A stretch of DNA of 63,998 nucleotides, counting the filler, from an uncultured Methanosarcinales archaeon (GTDB lineage: Archaea > Nanobdellota > Nanobdellia > Woesearchaeales > CAYSVS01), in the NCBI GenBank assembly GCA_964434475.1. It is 5 parts of 5 records of this genome, joined end to end, with 100 filler letters (N's around TTAATTAATTAA, not from the genome) between each part and the next. Parts side by side here need not be neighbours in the genome. Positions count along the whole stretch, not along the records: positions 47,023 to 62,002 come from CAYSVS010000029.1; positions 62,103 to 63,998 come from CAYSVS010000125.1; 3 more parts are not named here. One strand, 5' to 3'. Below are positions 57,523 through 63,998 of this stretch, in pieces (positions within the stretch are counted from its first letter, which is position 1; each line of letters starts with the position of its first letter). The notes beneath the pieces are model-generated. The model saw only the letters and a program-made list of their open reading frames with translations, made no database searches and had not been told where the DNA came from. A program made the position numbers and the translations under genes.

Positions 57523-58799
57523 AGATAACATTCAATGGCGCTGCAAAAGAGGTTGGAAGAAGCTGTGTCGAGATAGAGACAAAGACAAATAAATTTTTAT
57601 TAGATGCAGGCATAAAGATAACTGAACATGGAAATGAATATCCTCTTAACTTTGACGTAAGTGATGTTGATGCTGTTTTTCTTAGTCACGCTCATCTTGA
57701 TCACAGCGGGGCTTTACCTTTGTTTCATGCAAAAGGTATGAGATGCCCTATTTTCTGTACAAATGAGACAAAAGCTTTATCTAAGATATTGCTTAAGGAT
57801 TCGCTTCATATAGAGATGATGAACGACGAGTATCCTTTTTATGACAAGAAAGACATATATGGTGTACTTGGAAGTATGCGCAATGCAAGGTACAAGCAAG
57901 AAAAAACTGTTTCTGGAATCAAATATGAATTCTTTGATGCAGGTCATATTCCTGGAAGTGCTTCAATAATGCTGAATATAAATGATGTGAACATTCTTTA
58001 TACTGGAGACATAAAAACATCACGCTCAGAGTTATTGTATGGGGCTGATACTGATTATGGAAGAAATGTAGATATAATGATAAGTGAAGCCACTTATGGC
58101 GATAGTGAGCACCCTGAAAGACAGCACGAAGAAATAATGTTCATAAAAGCTGTTAAGCAGACCTTAGATAAAGGAGGTAATGCTATAATTCCTGTTTTTG
58201 GAGTAGGAAGAGCCCAGGAAATATTACTTATGTTAAGCAAGCATAATTTTCATGTTCCTATTTATTTAGATGGAATGGCAAAAAAGGTTTCAGATTTGTT
58301 TGTTGAAAGGCCTAAATATCTTAGAGATGCAAGAATGCTGAAAAAAGCTTTGAGGAAAGTGAAATATGTATATGGCAGAGAAAGAAAATATGCGATAAAA
58401 GAGCAGGGAATATTCGTATCCACTGCAGGAATGATGAATGGCGGTCCTATTATGGAGTATATGAAGCATTTTTGGAATGATCCTAATTCCTCTATTTTAT
58501 TGACAGGCTATCAGGCTGAAGGAACGAACGGTGATATGCTGCTTAAACAGGGAAAACTCGATCTTGATGGAAGGATAGTTAAGGTAAGATGCAAGCTGGA
58601 CAAGTTTGATTTTTCAGCTCATGTCGGCTTGACGCAGCTTTCAAAACTTGTTAAAAAAGTTAATCCTAAGATTTTGCTTCTTAATCATGGGGATAAAGGA
58701 GCTGTGGAGCATCTTGCAAAAGTTGCGCAAAAGATTGGCATAGAGGTCCATATGCCCGAGACAGGAGATAGTTTTGTGATAGAACATGGTAGTAATTGA
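57519..58799 (+). CDS. MBL-fold beta-CASP nuclease
   Basis: GAAKEVGRS, SHAHLDHSG, AGHIPGS, YTGD, EATYG, GYQAEGT, FSAH. Confidence 0.93.
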   Translation: MKITFNGAAKEVGRSCVEIETKTNKFLLDAGIKITEHGNEYPLNFDVSDVDAVFLSHAHLDHSGALPLFHAKGMRCPIFCTNETKALSKILLKDSLHIEMMNDEYPFYDKKDIYGVLGSMRNARYKQEKTVSGIKYEFFDAGHIPGSASIMLNINDVNILYTGDIKTSRSELLYGADTDYGRNVDIMISEATYGDSEHPERQHEEIMFIKAVKQTLDKGGNAIIPVFGVGRAQEILLMLSKHNFHVPIYLDGMAKKVSDLFVERPKYLRDARMLKKALRKVKYVYGRERKYAIKEQGIFVSTAGMMNGGPIMEYMKHFWNDPNSSILLTGYQAEGTNGDMLLKQGKLDLDGRIVKVRCKLDKFDFSAHVGLTQLSKLVKKVNPKILLLNHGDKGAVEHLAKVAQKIGIEVHMPETGDSFVIEHGSN

Positions 58800-59019
58800 A
58801 GCTATAAACATATTTGAAAAAAGAAAAGTTAGTTTGAACAGTCTATTGAAAAAGCCAAGAATGTCCAATAACAAGAAACAACAGTTAAAGGGTGCTATAG
58901 ATGAGATAGATATATTTATCAAAACTTTGAGACATATGCATCTTGAGCAGGAATCCTGTTTAAATTCTATCGATGATTCATCAAATTTCCAGAGACTTAT
59001 ATCAAGGATAAGAAAATGA
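58786..59019 (+). CDS. Hypothetical protein
   Basis: 77-aa ORF overlapping both neighbours. Confidence 0.65.
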   Translation: MVVIEAINIFEKRKVSLNSLLKKPRMSNNKKQQLKGAIDEIDIFIKTLRHMHLEQESCLNSIDDSSNFQRLISRIRK

Positions 59020-59879
59020 CTCTTAAAGGCCATAAGGTTATGAAGAAGCATATAAAAAGAAGAATAGATCTAGGTCATGACATCTTAGAGGTAAAAAAGT
59101 ATCTTCTTGACAAGGGTTTTCGTGAACACGAGGTCCATAAAGCTATAGATGCAGCTTTTCACGAACTGAAAAAAACAGAAGAGTTCATGAAAAAGTTCAG
59201 AAGATTCATCATACCGACAAAGCCAAAGCTTTTGCTGCCTGTCATAATACTCGTGATCCTTCTTGCTCATATATTCGTGAATATAAACGCCCTTCCTGGT
59301 TTAGGAGAAGAACTATGTATTTCTGCTAATCTTATGCTTAAGATAGATAATGAAACATCAAACAAGGCATTAGTAGATCTGGACATAGATAAAGTAGCTG
59401 AGCTTGAAAAGAATTTAATAATAAGTGAGGCAAAGATACTTGATGATTTTAATTCATTGTTGATATCGAGCTTTCCTTTGGTACTTACAAGATTCTATTG
59501 GCTCAATCCTTTCTTCCCTGTGCCTTGCGAATCAAGAGGATTATTGAAAGGTACTTACTGCAGGTATTATATAGATGAGCCTAATTATGAATGCCTTAAG
59601 GATAAGGTGCAGATGACAAAGCTAGGATTATTGTTTGAGGATGATACTCCAGAATACAAGAAGATTTCTTTATTTTGGCTGTTTTTCAACACTCTTGTTC
59701 TGGTTTTTATATTCTACTTGATAAATTGCGGAATTGTTTATTATTATAAAAGCCACCGCCATAAATTTAAATTAAGAACTATAGAGTTATTGGAGTTTGC
59801 ATTGACCTTGCTTGCTTTGATGCTTATCATATCAGCTATATATCTTTATCTTTATATAGTGCAGCTTATTGTTGGATAA
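59016..59879 (+). CDS. Multi-pass membrane protein
   Basis: Three hydrophobic segments around a Cys-containing loop. Confidence 0.75.
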   Translation: MTLKGHKVMKKHIKRRIDLGHDILEVKKYLLDKGFREHEVHKAIDAAFHELKKTEEFMKKFRRFIIPTKPKLLLPVIILVILLAHIFVNINALPGLGEELCISANLMLKIDNETSNKALVDLDIDKVAELEKNLIISEAKILDDFNSLLISSFPLVLTRFYWLNPFFPVPCESRGLLKGTYCRYYIDEPNYECLKDKVQMTKLGLLFEDDTPEYKKISLFWLFFNTLVLVFIFYLINCGIVYYYKSHRHKFKLRTIELLEFALTLLALMLIISAIYLYLYIVQLIVG

Positions 59880-59943
59880 GCTTAAACATACATTTCACCA
59901 TATAAAATTATATAAAGAGAGATTATATTCTATTTTTTTTAGT

Positions 59944-61476
59944 ATGGTCAAGCCTGATTTCAAAAATAAGGATATTATTTCTGTCATGGATCTATCAAGA
60001 GAGGATATTCTTTATCTTTGCGATAGGGCGCATGAGATGTATGGTAAAGAGAAATCTGGTGAAAGACATTTTTATTCAAACCTTCTTGAAGGAAGGGTGA
60101 TGGGTTATATGTTCTACGAGCCTAGCACAAGAACTGCTTTAAGTTTTCAGACAGCAATTAGGGAATTAGGTGCTAAACGTTTTGGTTTTACTGGAAGCGA
60201 AGGTACTTCTGTTAAGAAAAAAGAATCTATAAGAGATACTGTCATGATGATGCATGCAAACCATCCCGATATATTGATTATGCGTCAGTCTAAAGATGGT
60301 TCTGCCCAGTGGGCAGCAGATGTTGCAGAGATACCTGTCATAAGCGGCGGAGATGGAAAAAACGAACATCCAACTCAAGCATTACTTGATATAGCTACAA
60401 TATCTCTTTTGAAAAAGAAGAATTATGATTCTTTAGATATAGTATATGGCGGTGATTTGTCTCATGGAAGAACTGTCAGATCAGGAACAATAATACTTGC
60501 AAAAACATTTAAAGATATTAAAATACGTTGGGCAGCTGATGATTATTTTGGTATGCCGAAGGATTTAGAGGAGATTCTTGTTGATCTAGGCGCTAAAGTT
60601 ATAAGAGAAAAATCTCTTGAAGATGGAATAAAGAAAAGCGAAATATTAGCTATGACAAGACCTCAGATTTCAAGGCTTGATATAAGCGAAGATGAAGCAA
60701 AATTACTGGTGGATAAATACAGGATTACTTTAGATAAAATTGCGCAGAACCCTGATATTGATGTAATGCATCCTTTGCCTGTAAATAGTAATATTGCAGA
60801 AATAGAACATCTTGTTTTTTTTACAAAAAATCAACAGTTTTATCTTCAAGCAGAGATGGGGATATTTTTAAGAAAAGCTCTTATTTATGAAGAATTGAAT
60901 CATGATGGATATATTTCTTTTTCTGGTAAGCTTAATAATGATCTTAAGTTTGGAAATAATAAATTGATGAGAACAATCAAGGAAAATCCTGAAACTTCTG
61001 AGAAACTATATATTGATAAGATTGTTGAAGGAACTGTGATTGACCATATTATGAAAGGAACCAATAGAAGCATAGATATGGCTCTGGATCTAAATTTAGC
61101 ATTAAGAGGCTATGCGATCTTTCCAGGTATCAATATATATGATAAGTCAACAGATCTATTGAAAACATCCTATGCTTCATTAACAGAAAGAGAATCTAAA
61201 TTGATCAATATAATACAACCTGATGCTACTATCAATTATATCCGTAATAATGAGATAGTTAAAAAGTTTATATATCTTCTCTGCAAGAATGATAACTGCA
61301 TAACCCGAGAGATAAATGAGGATGTTCCTCCTAAATTCTTTTATGATGAAAGCCAGGAAGTAATAAGATGCAGATATTGCAGAAGATCTTATGATTTGAC
61401 AAATGCAAAAGTTTCAGAAATGGATCTGGGAAAATATATTGCAAATTTGCCGGTAAGTGTTGAAAAAATACAATAA
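59944..61476 (+). CDS. pyrB: Aspartate carbamoyltransferase, catalytic-regulatory fusion (PyrB-PyrI)
   Basis: FYEPSTRT, HPTQ, GRTVRS, HPLP; then EGTVIDHI, CKNDNCIT, RCRYC; likely start 59944. Confidence 0.9.
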   Translation: MVKPDFKNKDIISVMDLSREDILYLCDRAHEMYGKEKSGERHFYSNLLEGRVMGYMFYEPSTRTALSFQTAIRELGAKRFGFTGSEGTSVKKKESIRDTVMMMHANHPDILIMRQSKDGSAQWAADVAEIPVISGGDGKNEHPTQALLDIATISLLKKKNYDSLDIVYGGDLSHGRTVRSGTIILAKTFKDIKIRWAADDYFGMPKDLEEILVDLGAKVIREKSLEDGIKKSEILAMTRPQISRLDISEDEAKLLVDKYRITLDKIAQNPDIDVMHPLPVNSNIAEIEHLVFFTKNQQFYLQAEMGIFLRKALIYEELNHDGYISFSGKLNNDLKFGNNKLMRTIKENPETSEKLYIDKIVEGTVIDHIMKGTNRSIDMALDLNLALRGYAIFPGINIYDKSTDLLKTSYASLTERESKLINIIQPDATINYIRNNEIVKKFIYLLCKNDNCITREINEDVPPKFFYDESQEVIRCRYCRRSYDLTNAKVSEMDLGKYIANLPVSVEKIQ

Positions 61477-61509
61477 CTTTTAAATTGTTGCTAAGCTTAA
61501 TGATTAAAA

Positions 61510-61951
61510 ATGTATAATATTAGTTCAGAATATTTGGATGCTTGTGTTCTCAGCAATACAGAGAGAAACATAGTTAATCTAATAATCAAGGAAGAAACAG
61601 ATAAGAATTTAAAACTCTTAAAAGATTATAATATTCTTATTAAAAGTGATGATAATCATACACAGTCTATAATAGACAGGCTCTTTAACAGCTATGCTTA
61701 TCCTGCAGATATTTTGTATAGTTTTATAGACTGTTTTGAATCAGACTCTCAAGATCAATCTGTTCATAATAAAATACTCCTTAATGAATGTTTTAATCAA
61801 GTGCTTGATGATATGGCAAAAGTTGTTCCTGATTTTTTTCAGATACCATATATTGCAGGAAAAAATATTCTTTCCGTATTTGGTGTTGATTTGTCTGCCA
61901 GGTTAAAAAATGATAAGAACTTTTTGATAAACTATTCGTTCAATCAGTATA
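61510..61951 (+). pseudogene. 5' half of an IS-interrupted gene (3' half at 46483-46872)
   Basis: ORF reads into the IS end at 61952; its last codons are IS-derived. Confidence 0.75.
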
Positions 61952-62002
61952 GAGAACTTTGCATAATTGCTGTTTAGCTTAGCTTTTTAGATTAATTGCA
62001 CA
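61952..62002. mobile_element. IS5-like terminus (GAGAACTTTGCATAATT end) after TATA target
   Basis: Reverse complement of window positions 1-50. Confidence 0.75.
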
Positions 62003-62102
62003 NNNNNNNNNNNNNNNNNNNNNNNNNNNNNNNNNNNNNNNNNNNNTTAATTAATTAANNNNNNNNNNNNNNNNNNNNNNNNNNNNNNNNNNNNNNNNNN
62101 NN
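62003..62102. other. Artificial contig linker
   Basis: N44-TTAATTAATTAA-N44. Confidence 0.98.
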
Positions 62103-62155
62103 CCAGTAAGAAATCATGATTAAAAACATGTACATCATTTAGGGTGGAATAAATG

Positions 62156-63998
62156 TCTTAAGTTTGACACGTTTTTGAGTTAAATATTTTATAATCAGAC
62201 ATATAAAATTTCGCAGGCACACTACAAAATCTATATAACTAATTGATATTAAATATATTGAGATTTTGCATCTCTAGGGAAGATATTAGGAAGCGTTTTA
62301 AGCCCTAAACGTTTTTGTAGGATAACTTCTTTTTCGCTTTGAGCTGACCTTAGAAGGAACTCTTTTCCATCATGTTCTATTAAGCTTAGTTGCATTTTGT
62401 CAAGAGCCTTACGAAGATTAGTTTCAGTAAATTCATTACTGTTTTTATTGAGCTTTAATAGCGTATTGTTTAAAAGAGTGTATGCAATGTAACACATACA
62501 AATATGACCATCTATTCTTTTGTCTGTCCAGTGAAACATTGGTCTGGTATCCAAGTGCGATTTAAAGGTTCTGAAAGTGTGTTCAATTTTATATAACTGC
62601 TTATATTGATCCAGCACCTCAGTTATTGACAGCTCTGTATTGTTGGTTGCAATTGCCAAAAAGCCATCATATTTTTCATCTTCTGCAATTTTTTCTTCAT
62701 TTAAAACATATACTTCGTTTGATTGCTTTTTAAGAAAATAGCGGGCTGCTTTTTTATTTATGTTTGCCGGATTGGCTAATAATTTATGGGCTTTGATAAG
62801 TTTCTTTTCACGTTGGTAACGATCTTTTCTGGCTCTTTTTTGCGAAAATGTACCGATAATTATCCTGTTTTTGTATTCAAAGGTGCAATATTTTACCAAT
62901 ACTTCTTTTCCTAAACTGTCAGTATACTTCCATTCTTGTTGATAGTTTGCATGATCAATAAGATATAATTTGACCGACTTAGGCAGTGAGCGTAATCGTT
63001 CGCCAACAATAAACTCAAAACCATAATCAACTACCACTTTTAAGTTATCCGTTGATAACATACCACGATCAGCCACTACAATAACTTTATCAATCTGGAA
63101 CTCTTTACGTAAATCCTCCATGGCATGAACAAATGTATGCCCTTCAAAAGCTCCTCCACGAAAGATTCTATAACCGATGGGTTGCTTATTGCGGTCTATT
63201 AGCATACAAAACAATACCTGGGTCTTTCCAATTTTCCCATCCTTACTAAAACCAGTTTCCCGATAACTTCCTTCAATTTCTACTTCACTATCAAAATACA
63301 AAGTAGTTACATCGTAAAATACTACATCTAATTTCTGGTTAAATAGATTCCTTCCGGTTTGATAAATCTGCTTTTGTATTAACCCATTGTAATCCGCCAA
63401 CTTATCTAATGTGCGATAAAGGTGCTGAAGCTCAACGTGATCAATATTGATATATTCTTCCTGGTTATAATAAGAACATAACTTACTGCAAGGGTCATGA
63501 AGTCGATCAATTAGCATCAATAAAAGTGTATTTTGCAGATCAAAACTCAGATGATGCTTTTGCTGGATGTTCTTACAGACATAATCAAGACTATAATTTT
63601 TGAAGGTTTTCTCAAAAACTTGGAAATAACCATAATTATAACGTGCTTTTTCACAAGTACTTATACCTAAAAGATCTTTTAAATTACCTCCTCCCAGTTC
63701 ATAAAGTTTTGAACCAATACGCCTTAATTGTTCAGGGGTGTAATCTTCAACCTTCCCCAATGAGTAAAGAATCCGTTGTTTGCTTCTGCCTGAATCATCG
63801 CGATAACTTTCGACAATCCGCAAATATTTTCCTGACTTTTTATTTTCTACTCGTAAAAATGCCATAACACAAAATTATGACAGAAATATTTAAAAATCAA
63901 AAAGTTGGCACACTACAGATTTTGAGATTTTTGGAAAATATTCCCTGATTTTACTGGGATACAGCGATTCAATATGATTAGAAGTGTCAAACTCAAGA
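62156..63998 (-). mobile_element. IS1634-family insertion sequence
   Basis: Terminal inverted repeats TCTTAAGTTTGACAC (62156-62170) and GTGTCAAACTCAAGA (63984-63998), 14/15 match. Confidence 0.88.
62249..63865 (-). CDS. IS1634-family DDE transposase
   Basis: YLRIVESYR, FYDVTTLYF, GFSKD, VADRGM, YDGF, IEHTFR.FKS.L..RPMFH. Confidence 0.93.
   Translation of the reverse strand: MAFLRVENKKSGKYLRIVESYRDDSGRSKQRILYSLGKVEDYTPEQLRRIGSKLYELGGGNLKDLLGISTCEKARYNYGYFQVFEKTFKNYSLDYVCKNIQQKHHLSFDLQNTLLLMLIDRLHDPCSKLCSYYNQEEYINIDHVELQHLYRTLDKLADYNGLIQKQIYQTGRNLFNQKLDVVFYDVTTLYFDSEVEIEGSYRETGFSKDGKIGKTQVLFCMLIDRNKQPIGYRIFRGGAFEGHTFVHAMEDLRKEFQIDKVIVVADRGMLSTDNLKVVVDYGFEFIVGERLRSLPKSVKLYLIDHANYQQEWKYTDSLGKEVLVKYCTFEYKNRIIIGTFSQKRARKDRYQREKKLIKAHKLLANPANINKKAARYFLKKQSNEVYVLNEEKIAEDEKYDGFLAIATNNTELSITEVLDQYKQLYKIEHTFRTFKSHLDTRPMFHWTDKRIDGHICMCYIAYTLLNNTLLKLNKNSNEFTETNLRKALDKMQLSLIEHDGKEFLLRSAQSEKEVILQKRLGLKTLPNIFPRDAKSQYI

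Noticed and set aside
1..63998. CRISPR array, DGR or retron, rRNA, provirus
   Set aside because: No regularly spaced repeats, reverse transcriptase, rRNA-like tract or capsid/terminase genes were seen

Overview
Low-GC archaeal DNA; aIF2-gamma, TFB, S6e, thermosome, Orc1/Cdc6, PolB, Nre, Elp3 and DTD2 are present. The gene mix and many short unknown genes suggest a DPANN, Woesearchaeota-like genome bin (inference). The window is five contigs joined by artificial 100-nt N/TTAATTAATTAA/N linkers, so gene order across linkers means nothing. Four contig ends carry the two termini of one unassembled IS5-like element, and two of them rejoin in frame into one interrupted gene. The last contig is a lone IS1634. 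Most interesting: (1) a 1010-aa PolB-derived protein with intact proofreading-exonuclease motifs but no polymerase catalytic motifs, coupled to tandem small hydrophobic paralogs; (2) a three-gene unknown operon divergent from cdc6 with a TIM-barrel metalloenzyme carrying a ~320-aa insert; (3) an identical 21-bp motif upstream of both an XPD helicase and a micro-operon with a putative PC4-like SSB, plus unannotated acidic micro-proteins; (4) a tRNA(CAT) with two BHB introns; (5) Hel308 lacking its first RecA domain; (6) a bacterial NrdR box in an archaeal promoter; (7) several structured intergenic or leader RNAs. All family calls come from motif recognition by eye, without database searches. 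No CRISPR array or rRNA was seen.
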